A program made the position numbers and the translations under genes. From IMG/VR virus record IMGVR_UViG_3300035208_003503, positions 484 through 64,483 of that record: a stretch of 64,000 nt of DNA; one strand, written 5' to 3'. This stretch comes from a virus. Lineage: Duplodnaviria > Caudoviricetes. Of this stretch, positions 1 through 10,060 are shown piece by piece. Numbering within the stretch: position 1 is the stretch's first letter; each line of letters starts with the position of its first letter. The notes below the pieces were generated by a model. It did no database searches. It was not told the origin of the DNA and worked only from the letters and a program-made list of their open reading frames with translations.

Positions 1-31
1 TAAACCAATCCACAGAGCTAGGAGGGACTAA

Positions 32-439
32 ATGAGAAGATCTATTTATATAGATATAAGCAAGGATTTCAGTAGTATACCAGGAGCAAGATACCCTCAT
101 GAATCTTCTTTCTGCGGCCAGGACTTTAGAGAAAAACTACTTTACCCGGCAGTACTTGAAGCCCTGGAAAAAGACATGGTAGTGGTAGTGAACATGGACG
201 GTGTTTACGGATTCTCCACTGCGTTTCTTGACGAAGCGTTTGGGGGTCTTACAAGAGTAAAAGGTATTGGGTACCACATAGTACGTCACCACGTGGTTTT
301 GATAAGCACAGAAGAGCCAAGCCTGATAGAAGAAGTTGATGATATCCTCAAAGATTCAGAATTTTCTCCGGATAATACCATGAGGACTTTTAAGAATTAT
401 GTCTTAAAGATACTTTCAAAACTTAAAAGGAGGCAATAA
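32..439 (+). CDS. STAS-like (DUF4325-type) domain protein
   Basis: Motif pattern GARY..ES..CGQDFRE..L.P...VVVNMDGVYGFSTAFLDEAFGGL matches the DUF4325 STAS-like family; GGAGG SD upstream. Confidence 0.75.
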   Translation: MRRSIYIDISKDFSSIPGARYPHESSFCGQDFREKLLYPAVLEALEKDMVVVVNMDGVYGFSTAFLDEAFGGLTRVKGIGYHIVRHHVVLISTEEPSLIEEVDDILKDSEFSPDNTMRTFKNYVLKILSKLKRRQ

Positions 440-1038
440 TGCCGGAAAATAACAGAGAGATAGTAGCTGAATGGGTCAGAATACCTAACGGTATGATCCT
501 GGAACGTTACGAGGTTGACGGAGTCCCTAAGTGCATAGTTTACGAGAAAGAAACAGAGGACTGCCGCAGAATGATGTGTCCCTACTGCAAAAAAATAAAT
601 GATATACCCGTGTGCCTCCTCCACAATCAATTCGTGTTCCCCAAAGGAAGTCCCCCTACGACTCGTTACTGCGATGTATGGTCCAAGAAGTCTTTTACTT
701 TAATAGTAAAAGAACATCTCAGTAAATGGTATGGGGCTATCTCAGTTGATACTCTTAAAAAAGGTGAATCACCTAGAACCCGTTGTATCTTCGGACCTTG
801 TGAAAAGTGCAGCGCTCCTTCTAGTTTTGTTGAAGATATATGCTTCAATGGGAGCTTCTACTACTTTGTACAAGCTAACCCCGAAACATACAGTCCTATT
901 CAGTTCAGCTTTAAAGAACTCAACGACATATTACGATGTCTTGACGTTTTAGAAGAAGTGGATGACCCGGCCTGCAAACAGGCCAAGGCTTTGTATGTGG
1001 ATAAACTTCGTCATAAAATAACTGGCGACAATGATTAG
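439..1038 (+). CDS. hypothetical protein with CxxC pairs
   Basis: 199-aa ORF abutting the upstream stop; CPYC and CEKC motifs. Confidence 0.55.
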   Translation: MPENNREIVAEWVRIPNGMILERYEVDGVPKCIVYEKETEDCRRMMCPYCKKINDIPVCLLHNQFVFPKGSPPTTRYCDVWSKKSFTLIVKEHLSKWYGAISVDTLKKGESPRTRCIFGPCEKCSAPSSFVEDICFNGSFYYFVQANPETYSPIQFSFKELNDILRCLDVLEEVDDPACKQAKALYVDKLRHKITGDND

Positions 1039-1445
1039 GAGAAGTAAGTGCTAAAACTAATGGCTATATCAGAAATGCTGGTGGACACTAGCACTCTTAC
1101 CGATAACCCGGAAGGGTTAAAGTGGTATAAGACCTTGACTTTGAACCAGCGTATAAACCTAAAAGACAGCTTTGAAATGCTTTGTGGAGTTGGATTCCAG
1201 GAACTCAACTTCATGCTCAGTCTAAGAGAGAGGATAACCCTTATGTATTCAAAGCTCATAAGGGAAGGAATAATTTAACGGAGAAAAACGATGCCGGACT
1301 TTGAACTATACAGATATGACTTTTATCCTTCTCCTAAATACCTTGCATGGACTAAAAAGATGGAGGCTAGAGAGAAACGGGCAGGAGAACTTGAAAAATA
1401 CTTTAAGAAAGTATTAAAAGAAAGAGAAGCCAAGGAGGTCCCAAA

Positions 1446-1637
1446 ATGAGTACCCTGTCCGAATTAAACCAACAAGCAGACTTGTTTGCCTATAACTTTC
1501 TGATGCCAGAAGATAAATTCAAAGAAGCGTGCAAAGAATACAAAAATGACAGTTGGCAGATTGCAGGGCACTTTGAGGTTCATAGAGAAAAAGTATTGAT
1601 ATGGATGAAATACCACGAAATAAAACCGACAGTTTAA
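1446..1637 (+). CDS. ImmA/IrrE-family C-terminal fragment (no HExxH)
   Basis: QADLFAYNFLMPE...IAGHFEVHRE resembles the conserved E.EAN.FA..LLMP...IA..F.VS segment of IrrE/ImmA; GGAGG SD. Confidence 0.55.
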   Translation: MSTLSELNQQADLFAYNFLMPEDKFKEACKEYKNDSWQIAGHFEVHREKVLIWMKYHEIKPTV

Positions 1638-2630
1638 CAGTTTAAAAGGAGTTTTATTAATGAGAGTTATTAGACTTATAAGACATTATACTGCCTGGAA
1701 ACGCGTTATATTGCACGGGTATTGCCCTGAATGTAACAGTTCTGCCCCTAAACTGTATGATTGCCCTATATGCAATTATGATACTCATTCCCCATTTAGT
1801 AGGGAGAGAAGGAAAGAGCTTTGGGAAAAATGGAAGAAACATAGGAGAAAATAAGGGCAGCTACATGCAGACATAGTTGTAAACCGTGGGAAAGCCCTCC
1901 GTTTACTTTGGAGCGTAATAAACTTGTAACCGCTACAAAGAAAGCTTATAAAAAGATCTACGACGGGAAAAAGAGATTACAACTTGACTTAGATACAGAG
2001 AAATGGGTAGCCCCTGAGGAAACTCCGACGTGTGGCTTTATATGTCCTAGGTGCAACTGTTTCTCCGATAGCTGGGACTTGTATTTAGTAGGTGATAGAA
2101 CCTTGTGCCTTAATTGTGCAGTAGAGCATTATGAAGATGAGCAGAGGAAAAAATGAGAGGATTAGTCTTTAGCAATATTAACCGTGCTACCATACACTGC
2201 AAAGTAGAGGATGCACAATTTAGTCACAAGGGCAAACCCCTATGTGAAGATTTAAAGGATACACTGTATACGTCTACTAACCCTAGACGTGTTACTTGCA
2301 AACACTGTCTAGAACTTATGAAAGCGAGTAAGGCATTTTGTGAATGTCCTAATTGCGGGTTGTTATGTAACGGGGAGTTTGTAACAGTAAACAGTAAAAA
2401 ACACTGCGTTATCTGTGATTCACAGGTGATAAAATTTAAGTAAGGAGTAGTAGAATGACTGATGATAAGAAAAAAAACGTATCTAAAATACTTAACAAAA
2501 AGGAAGGGGTTGGGAGTTGATGGACGACCCCATGATGATTCGTGGAGGCTCTTGGATCGCACCGGTGCGTTCCACATAATGATAAAGCTGCTAAAATTTA
2601 TAATATTCAAACATTTGTGAGGTAAAACCC

Positions 2631-3218
2631 ATGGCAATTAAAATCGTAGTACAATATGCCGGGTTAACCCGTGGAAAGTTTATATGGTATGTGTCCGACT
2701 ACCTTATCACATCCTTTTCTAAACGAGAATTAGAAGAGAAAGCTCTCTATATGGCTGCTGACCAATATAAGGCTGGCCCTGACGTACAAATTTATATGGA
2801 GAACCCCTACGATACTGAGGCTGGTGTCTATCTGATTAAGAATGATAGGGGATACTACATAAACCCAGCGCTGAAACACCAACCAGAAACAGGTGACCTA
2901 CGAAAAAAAGAAGGCACGGATGTACCCACTCCAAATTCTCTACCGACTCATAGTAAAGACATTAAAGAACTCTTCCAAAAAGCTAAGGAAGCTGCTATGC
3001 GGTCCGTTGCTCCGCCTAAAGTACTACACAGGGTAGTTAAGGACCACGGATGCAAAATAAAGGATAGGGAGCCTGTAAAGGAAGTAGAAGCTGCCCAGGT
3101 GCCTGATACTCCGGAACCTGGTAAGAAAGTTAAGAGAAACCTGTACCCGGTATTTATGTTTATAACTTTTTCAGCACTAGTGGTACTAACACTGCTTATG
3201 CTGATATACTCTAAATAG
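2631..3218 (+). CDS. hypothetical protein with C-terminal transmembrane anchor
   Basis: GAGGT SD; C-terminal hydrophobic stretch VFMFITFSALVVLTLLMLIY. Confidence 0.6.
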   Translation: MAIKIVVQYAGLTRGKFIWYVSDYLITSFSKRELEEKALYMAADQYKAGPDVQIYMENPYDTEAGVYLIKNDRGYYINPALKHQPETGDLRKKEGTDVPTPNSLPTHSKDIKELFQKAKEAAMRSVAPPKVLHRVVKDHGCKIKDREPVKEVEAAQVPDTPEPGKKVKRNLYPVFMFITFSALVVLTLLMLIYSK

Positions 3219-3227
3219 GAGGAGATA

Positions 3228-3899
3228 ATGGCCTTGAAAAAATTAGAAAGGATATCAAAGAAAGATCTTGAAAAATTCCTACTTGATAAAAGTAATTTTA
3301 CGCAGACTCTTCCTGTACGATACGTCGTAAAAGGTCTCAGGACCAGTAAGCAGGGTTTCAACATAAGGGTAATGGTCCACGATGCTCTGACAGGTGAGAA
3401 CTCTTTAGATCTTGTAGGGGTATCGTTCAAAGGACGTCTTACTTTGGCAGCCATGGAGTACGACGTAGGACAAGGGGATATGCGGGTATTAGCCCCTGGA
3501 TCTGAAACAGTAGATGAGGTGCAAGCCCTTATATCAATGCTTGATGAGGATTCTATAGCCAACATAAATGATGGGTACCACTCCTTTAAAGAGCTATACG
3601 ACTTCAGGTTGTTTTACAATGCAGCTCTGTTTAATGAACTTCATAAAACTGGTGTTAAAATAGAAAAATCATTTAAGCACAATGACGGTACCTACTGCTT
3701 TGGTAAAAAAAGAGAATGGTTCATAGTAATGGCTGAATTACCTTCCGGACAGATATCTAATCATTACCCCAAGGACTGTTGGGACTTATTCAAAGTACCT
3801 TTCGCAAAGATACCCACCATACAGTTTGATGGGCACACGTCTGCTGACGTACTGGAAAGACTCAGAATGTTAATAACAGATGCGCCCAATTATTTGTGA
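3228..3899 (+). CDS. WDGH-like phage domain protein
   Basis: C-terminal half DGYHSFKELYDFR...LP.GQISNHY...WDLF...FDGHT...V.ERL is a widespread phage domain; GGAGG SD. Confidence 0.65.
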   Translation: MALKKLERISKKDLEKFLLDKSNFTQTLPVRYVVKGLRTSKQGFNIRVMVHDALTGENSLDLVGVSFKGRLTLAAMEYDVGQGDMRVLAPGSETVDEVQALISMLDEDSIANINDGYHSFKELYDFRLFYNAALFNELHKTGVKIEKSFKHNDGTYCFGKKREWFIVMAELPSGQISNHYPKDCWDLFKVPFAKIPTIQFDGHTSADVLERLRMLITDAPNYL

Positions 3900-4141
3900 A
3901 ACAAACCATAGGAGAAAAAATGAAAAACTTAATAGAACTGATCCCTAAAGCTTCTTCCAACAATATTCAAACTTTAAAGGGTTTGGAAGAATGGGAGAGA
4001 AACCTTAACCTTACTTCAGATCTGATCGCTATCATAAACACTATGTCAATTAAAACGGACATGCATAAAGAAAATAGTCATAGGAAATTTGAAGTTGGGG
4101 ACCTGACACACTCCCAAACCTAAAGGGTTGGGCTTTCTTTT

Positions 4142-4522
4142 ATGAATTTTGTAAAAGATAGCTACGTAGCTGTTAGAGGGATTATAGTAGTAACCACCTT
4201 CGGATCCATACTTGTAGAATGGGATGCCCTGGAGAACTACTATAAATCTGAAAACACCGCCATTGCACTCGGAAATTTTAAAGAAGATCCTTTGACGTGC
4301 CCTTTTTGCTCCACGAATAAAAAACCAGTATCAACTTCAACCTCTACAGGAGATTTAGAACTTGAAATTTCAAAGCAAATGGAATGTCCTACTTGCAGCA
4401 AAAGCTGGATAGTTACCTATAAAATGTCTGGAGTTTCCTGGGCAGGTAATGACCACTGTCAAGGAGTCTCCCGTAAATATTTATTAGAGTACGACCCTAT
4501 GGGTAACAAGAAAGCAGATTAA
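4142..4522 (+). CDS. hypothetical zinc-ribbon protein
   Basis: CPFC...CPTC pair. Confidence 0.5.
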   Translation: MNFVKDSYVAVRGIIVVTTFGSILVEWDALENYYKSENTAIALGNFKEDPLTCPFCSTNKKPVSTSTSTGDLELEISKQMECPTCSKSWIVTYKMSGVSWAGNDHCQGVSRKYLLEYDPMGNKKAD

Positions 4523-4570
4523 AGTAATTTATAAATAACTATAGTTTACTTTACGCATGTAAAGTAACAC

Positions 4571-5275
4571 ATGGAGAAAAAAATGAAGAAAAAAAGTAAT
4601 CAAGAAAAAGTACCAGGCGTTGAACTTGGAGTAACGGCAGTGAGAGATTATAAAGGAATATACTACTCTAAGTCCTTCCACATTCACGAGTTATTCAACC
4701 CTGAAAACTTTTTGGTAGTCAACTTGACGTCAGACAAGCAAATAAAAGAAGCTTTTAACTTTATCTGCTTCTGTACAGATCTTAGAGCCCTTACCCCGGT
4801 TCTTAAAAGTACTGAAAATTCATCATACCCTACTTGCCTTACCTACACAGATCTTATAAAGGCCAAGAACAAATTCAAACTTAGAAGAGGCCTGTGCATT
4901 GATTTCCTGCACGGAGTTTATGGTGACATCGATCAGTACCATAAAAGCCATTGCACCATCCTCAAGTTCAAGGATTTAAGGTCCCCCATTAGCTTCGCAA
5001 CAACTAACGGCTTTGTAATGCCTACTAACGTTCCTAAACCTATAGAAGTCACTCAGAGTGAGCTTCCTTTCAATACTGTCTACGGTGTAACCCTTGGTAA
5101 AGAATATACCACTATAACCCTCCCCAACATCGTTTTCAAAATTGATGTGGACAAGAACGGTATGCGTTCAATTAGTGAGGTAGAAACTAAGGAAGCTGAG
5201 ATCGTTATAAAAGACGGTGAACTCAAGGACGTATACCTTACTGCTAAAGAAGCTATTAAAGCATTGAGGTGGTGA
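4571..5275 (+). CDS. hypothetical protein
   Basis: 234-aa ORF in a co-directional gene array. Confidence 0.55.
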   Translation: MEKKMKKKSNQEKVPGVELGVTAVRDYKGIYYSKSFHIHELFNPENFLVVNLTSDKQIKEAFNFICFCTDLRALTPVLKSTENSSYPTCLTYTDLIKAKNKFKLRRGLCIDFLHGVYGDIDQYHKSHCTILKFKDLRSPISFATTNGFVMPTNVPKPIEVTQSELPFNTVYGVTLGKEYTTITLPNIVFKIDVDKNGMRSISEVETKEAEIVIKDGELKDVYLTAKEAIKALRW

Positions 5276-5880
5276 TGAGTAAGAGAAACATAAATACTCA
5301 ACTTAACGGACTGCACCTCTTTAACGAGGCGGTAGGCAAAGAAGGAGACATTGTAAACACGGGTACCATACACGGTACCCGACGTGACTACACTTTATTA
5401 AAGTATACCGAGTACAACCAAGGAAGATGGTTCGAATCTAAGGATATAACTCCCTATTACCGAGAACTAACCGAAATGACCGAGAAAGAGAAACAGGAAT
5501 TTGCTAACCTATTCTTTGCTGGATGTACTATAACTAAAGTATTTCACCGTGTAACTACGGACCAACTGGAAGTAGAATTCGTGGATGCTGTGCACCTAGA
5601 CGAGACTCCTGTATGTACCCCTCTTACTCACCTTCAGTACTTGTGGTTAGTAATACACGGATTCAGAGTGGGTCAAGAACGTCTTCATCCTGGGTACAAA
5701 CAAAAACCGACGGATTATAAACCAGGGGATAGGGTGCTGTGCCCCACCTGTGGAGCTCCTGGTAGGTATGACCCTATGACATCTAACGTGAACGAATCAA
5801 CAACTGCTACGTATTCAGACGCAGTGTTCTTTAACACTCATACCAACTTGTGGGAATGCCACGACTGTTGGCTTAAATAG
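5269..5880 (+). CDS. hypothetical protein with C-terminal zinc finger
   Basis: CPTCG...CHDC; GAGGT SD. Confidence 0.55.
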   Translation: MVMSKRNINTQLNGLHLFNEAVGKEGDIVNTGTIHGTRRDYTLLKYTEYNQGRWFESKDITPYYRELTEMTEKEKQEFANLFFAGCTITKVFHRVTTDQLEVEFVDAVHLDETPVCTPLTHLQYLWLVIHGFRVGQERLHPGYKQKPTDYKPGDRVLCPTCGAPGRYDPMTSNVNESTTATYSDAVFFNTHTNLWECHDCWLK

Positions 5881-6421
5881 GAGGTTAACATGGAAATTAA
5901 CTTACAAGCAGGGAATTACAACTTCAACGAGCACTTGGTCCTTGACAACGGCAATGTTAAAATAGCTGTAGTATTTGAAGCTTCTAGAGAAGAAGCGGTT
6001 GACTTTTTCCTTAACCAGGGCAACTACGAACACGAAGTCATACTGGACTTCGCAGAAGGAGTCCCCCTACCCAAGCTTACGAAATGCTTGAACACTACGC
6101 CAATAGACCTTACAAAATTCATAAAAGAAAGCCCAACCCTTTAGGTTTGGGAGTATGTCAGCTACTTACTATCACAAATAGAAATACTGGGGTAACCATG
6201 AAGATAACATTAGAAACTTGTGATCCCAAGTACGGGATCTGTGACCGCTGTGGTCAAAAGGTGCAGCTTAATAAGTTTCTGTTTGGAAGCTTACATATCT
6301 GCAATGAGAACAGCTGGGCTGCTATGGTCCACCGAACTCGAAAGGACGCTATTAAGAAACAAGCCGCAGGGTATACCGCAGCGTCTACTGCAGAACTTAT
6401 GAGCACACTTGGAGGTGGATC

Positions 6422-7219
6422 ATGTTTGAAGACCGGAGTAATATCTTCCCAAAAAAAATAACAGAGGAAATGACCCAAGAAGTTTGGGAGCTGTACCCCT
6501 ATAACGAAGACACCCTCCAAGGAAAGGTCATGGGTAAAATAGTAGAAGACCTCCAAGATCCTCCTAATATATGCTTCTACTCTAGGTTCTCCCCCTACCA
6601 TTCCCACTCAGTGCCAACTGTGTTACCCTGTGACCTAACTGAAAAATGGAGAAACAAGGTTCATCGTCCTGGAGATGTTATCTATGAGTCCCCTATGGAG
6701 ATATACATGGTGCTTGACTTAGCTACCCCTACCAAAAAAGAGATTAATTGGAATGCTACGAACGAGGCTACCTTTATGTCAACTCTAAAAGACGAATTTT
6801 ACTACCTGTATCGTATACCTGAAAGAATACTGTCATACATCTACCAAATAGAGCCGGGTTTAAGCCTAAGGCCTGTCAACAACCCTAACAACCTACTTAG
6901 TTTTGCCAGGTATCTGGACTCTCCTTATGCTCTTGGTCATAAAAAACTCCACAGTTTTCGTACAGTAAATCAGATAGCCCACAAGGACGCTCATTACAGG
7001 AAAAATCTCATGCTTGTCACTACGCATAACAACTGTGTAGCTACCTATCTAAGACTTAAAGTATTTATGGACTTGGTAATGACCTCCCCTATCAAAGCAC
7101 AGCTTCTAGATATCCTCAAAATGAACTACGAAGGTCTACCTTTAGCAGTAGGGGACCAAATGGTCTGGGTTACTTATGATTTAATATTCAGAGAGGTTAA
7201 AAATGAAAAAAATAAATGA
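6422..7219 (+). CDS. hypothetical protein
   Basis: 265-aa ORF; GGAGGT SD. Confidence 0.55.
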   Translation: MFEDRSNIFPKKITEEMTQEVWELYPYNEDTLQGKVMGKIVEDLQDPPNICFYSRFSPYHSHSVPTVLPCDLTEKWRNKVHRPGDVIYESPMEIYMVLDLATPTKKEINWNATNEATFMSTLKDEFYYLYRIPERILSYIYQIEPGLSLRPVNNPNNLLSFARYLDSPYALGHKKLHSFRTVNQIAHKDAHYRKNLMLVTTHNNCVATYLRLKVFMDLVMTSPIKAQLLDILKMNYEGLPLAVGDQMVWVTYDLIFREVKNEKNK

Positions 7220-7805
7220 ATTCTTAATGTTTCCAGTAGTACTGGAGTGTATAGGGCCAGCCCTTTGCCACGTAATGTATAAGCATACAGCTGGAAAGCA
7301 CAAAGATGCTATGTACGCAGCCAGGAATAACCTACTGGTCAGGGCTGCTGTAGCTATGTTATGTCCCTATGAAGGGTGCGGCGCTGCTACTAGAAGGATC
7401 GAATACTTCAGAAAGCAAAGCCGTATGCACGTCCTAACGTCCTTACTGTGGCCCGCCGCTAGCTCCAGAGCTCCAAGACTAGAATCCGCCAGGACTACTC
7501 TGGCTTGGATGACAGGTGTTGAGGTGGCCTTTCACAACCTGGACCCAAGTATAAACCTTCCTGAGTTCAATAGATCTATAAAAGGACGCACAGAACTTAT
7601 GGACTATCTTTGGAACTTCTCGCAGAAAAGATTGCTAAAAGTCCACAACAAGATGCAGGAGCTTAGCCGGGAAGTCCCTGCTGAATTCCTCTCTGAGGAG
7701 CGTGTTAAAAAAGCATGTACTATCTACCTTGACTTGATAGCCAGCAACGTTAACAAACCAGATAACCGGTGCATCTACAATTTCAGGGTACCAACAATAG
7801 AATAG
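7203..7805 (+). CDS. hypothetical protein
   Basis: 200-aa ORF; GAGGT SD. Confidence 0.55.
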   Translation: MKKINEFLMFPVVLECIGPALCHVMYKHTAGKHKDAMYAARNNLLVRAAVAMLCPYEGCGAATRRIEYFRKQSRMHVLTSLLWPAASSRAPRLESARTTLAWMTGVEVAFHNLDPSINLPEFNRSIKGRTELMDYLWNFSQKRLLKVHNKMQELSREVPAEFLSEERVKKACTIYLDLIASNVNKPDNRCIYNFRVPTIE

Positions 7806-8410
7806 GAGAAGTAATGAAATACATTAAAAGAACAGAAACTGTAGACGCGTTCTGCCTAGGAACTGATCTCTACCCGTGGTGGTTCAGAATAGGGGTAGTT
7901 AATAAAACCATACGCCCACTTGAGGATATAGCCAACTCAGATCCTGAAGACGTTATGGCCACTATTGAAACCTGGTTCTTACAAAAGGGTGGGGACGGCA
8001 GTGCCTATGACATTGGGTTCACCGCCACTAATGGTGACTACCTTATCCATAGAGAGAACGAGGTAATAGAAGTAATGAACGCGAAAGAGTTCAAGGATCT
8101 TTATGTTCCTAAGACCTTTGGGGCTACCATAGACTTTACTTACATACCTTCACATATCAAAGATGATGAAGCTTGGGTCAAAGGACTTATAGGGGCGTCG
8201 TGGGTAACTAAGTTGAAACCAGGGTTGTTCAAAGTCCAATTCGGTAATGAAGAGCGTGTAAGGGAAGTCCCTTACATAGCTAAAGAAGATCTTACAGATC
8301 CCGACCCGGGGGAAGACCCAGCAGCGTCTACTCCCTTTCAAACAGGTTACGGAGAAAAGGTAAGAGAACGTGATAAGCCTGAGGCTAAAAAGAGATGGTG
8401 GTTATTTTAA
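7769..8410 (+). CDS. hypothetical phage protein (N-terminus resembles the 27544 ORF family); likely start near 7814
   Basis: YIKRTETVDAF...GDYLI...EFKDLY pattern; AGGAG SD before the internal ATG. Confidence 0.5.
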   Translation: MHLQFQGTNNRIGEVMKYIKRTETVDAFCLGTDLYPWWFRIGVVNKTIRPLEDIANSDPEDVMATIETWFLQKGGDGSAYDIGFTATNGDYLIHRENEVIEVMNAKEFKDLYVPKTFGATIDFTYIPSHIKDDEAWVKGLIGASWVTKLKPGLFKVQFGNEERVREVPYIAKEDLTDPDPGEDPAASTPFQTGYGEKVRERDKPEAKKRWWLF

Positions 8411-8464
8411 CTTAACATATCCGGGGATGGGTATCAAAAAAAAACAAACCGTTAACAAACTTAA

Positions 8465-9163
8465 ATGGAGATCCACATGGAAAAAATCAACAAGAATTTT
8501 ATTATCGGGGCACTCATCGTGCTCGCATTCCTGGCAATACTTTCGTTGCCGTACGTAGTAAGCTCCGGAGCTAAAGGAGCCATAGAAGGGGCATTCGCCA
8601 GTGATACGAAAGAGTACACTATAATGGACGAGCCGAACGAGGAAACCCCGGTGGGAATTGTAATGAAAGCTTTGAAGAGCTTAGACGAACCAAACACTTT
8701 GGCTACCTCATCCAAGTTAATACCCACTACAGAAGTAGCCAAACAATTTGCTGATAAATGCTTCTTATACTACACCAAAGAAGATAATGGCAGAATGGCA
8801 GAGAATTATAAACTGGATGGTAAAATGAGTGTTTCCGACTTTCAATTTAAAATGCAGGCTACATCCGACATGATACTAAGAAGGCTAATAGAGAGTGGGT
8901 ATACTCAACGTATCAACTGGCCTAATATAAAATTTCTAGGGTACACCTACGTAGAACCCGGTCCTTCAGTGGAATCGCATATGAGACTATATTTCGCGGA
9001 TCAAGGCCGTGTGTACAAAATTCATTTCAGAGCTATCTATATACAAAGTGGTGAAAAATTTCTAAGTGGCGCTTTCTTTGAAAGTGATGCCCACCTTGTG
9101 TCGATGGATGATGCAGGAGCAGCTAATATTAAATCATTCATCCGGCAACTGCTGGCTGATTAA
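8465..9163 (+). CDS. membrane-anchored protein with extracytoplasmic domain
   Basis: N-terminal hydrophobic helix FIIGALIVLAFLAILSLPYVV followed by a ~200-aa soluble domain. Confidence 0.6.
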   Translation: MEIHMEKINKNFIIGALIVLAFLAILSLPYVVSSGAKGAIEGAFASDTKEYTIMDEPNEETPVGIVMKALKSLDEPNTLATSSKLIPTTEVAKQFADKCFLYYTKEDNGRMAENYKLDGKMSVSDFQFKMQATSDMILRRLIESGYTQRINWPNIKFLGYTYVEPGPSVESHMRLYFADQGRVYKIHFRAIYIQSGEKFLSGAFFESDAHLVSMDDAGAANIKSFIRQLLAD

Positions 9164-9281
9164 TATATTTCCAAGTATGACAGGAGATCCTCAAAAGATC
9201 CCATCCCCGGAATCCCGGGGGTCTCCTGCCGTCAATACATCCTATAGATCTTTTTTTCTTTAAAGACTACCTTGTTTTTTT

Positions 9282-9320
9282 CGTCAAAATAAATGCGGAA
9301 TTGTGTTATAAGAATTTGAG
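9282..9320 (+). promoter_or_regulatory. conserved extended -10 promoter motif TGTGTTATAAG
   Basis: TCAAAATAAATGC-N-TGTGTTATAAGAATTTGAG; the same core recurs at 10041, 11355, 44831 and 52968, with variants at 12558, 17357, 53016 and 54593. Confidence 0.7.
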
Positions 9321-9556
9321 TATAGGGGATATTGACGGGGAGACCCAGGCCTCTATATATCTACTCTTGCCTAAATAGCTATGCCTGCTCCGAACAGGTA
9401 TGGTGGCAAGCTACCGTGTTAGCACGGAGAAGTGTTGCGTACACACATACTGAAGGGAGAGTTGTATTATCCAATAAGGGCCGGCTGGATAAGAAAACTC
9501 TTTGGGCTTTAACATTACTTATTAAGTTAAGTAGTGTAGGAAGTCAGTACGCCTTA
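9318..9556 (+). ncRNA. candidate structured ncRNA 1
   Basis: Begins right after the promoter motif; stems CCGTG/CACGG, TATCCA/TGGATA, AGAGTT/AACTCT, TACTGA/TCAGTA and ACATTACTTA/TAAGTAGTGT; the overlapping 76-aa ORF has a TTG start and no SD. Confidence 0.55.
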
Positions 9557-9568
9557 ATTTAATTTCAA

Positions 9569-9967
9569 ATGGAGGACGTTATGAAAGAAAGAATTGCAAG
9601 AATAAACAAGAAGCTGAAAAGTATTGGGCTTAGCCTTGTAACTGAGGATCTGATAATAGAAAAAGTAAAGGATAATGTCCACGACACTCTGTATATTTTA
9701 ACTCGTTTAAATCTCCCTAGTGAAATGGAAGACTGGCTTATAAGATATATGAGTGATGTATACAGAGATCTTGAATCTATCTATCACCAGTACCAGGACT
9801 TGCCCGAAGGGTGGGTGCTTAAAAACCCAAAAGAAGAAGAGAAGCTAGACAAAGAAACTTACCTGGAATTGGACCACGCTATTGAACTTTATAAATTGAG
9901 ACAGCGACAAACACCTATAGCTGAAAGCGTAGGCCTTAACCCAGAGTGGGACTTCTGGGCACCGTGA
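9569..9967 (+). CDS. hypothetical protein
   Basis: 132-aa ORF; GGAGG SD before the second ATG. Confidence 0.6.
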   Translation: MEDVMKERIARINKKLKSIGLSLVTEDLIIEKVKDNVHDTLYILTRLNLPSEMEDWLIRYMSDVYRDLESIYHQYQDLPEGWVLKNPKEEEKLDKETYLELDHAIELYKLRQRQTPIAESVGLNPEWDFWAP

Positions 9968-9971
9968 TGTA

Positions 9972-10008
9972 CACCCCCAACATCCGCATAGGCGTGAGGG
10001 GGTTTTTA
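9972..10008 (+). terminator. probable intrinsic terminator
   Basis: CCCCC...GGGGG followed by TTTTT immediately after the ORF stop. Confidence 0.45.
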
Positions 10009-10022
10009 TGTAATTTTTTTCT

Positions 10023-10060
10023 TCAAAATAAATGCAAAACTGTGTTATAAGAAATTGGAA
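10023..10060 (+). promoter_or_regulatory. second copy of the TGTGTTATAAG promoter
   Basis: TCAAAATAAATGCAAAACTGTGTTATAAG, near-identical to the copy at 9282. Confidence 0.7.

Noticed and set aside
9332-9562. 76-aa ORF as a real protein
   Set aside because: TTG start without SD, and the region is better explained by extensive base-pairing; not fully excluded
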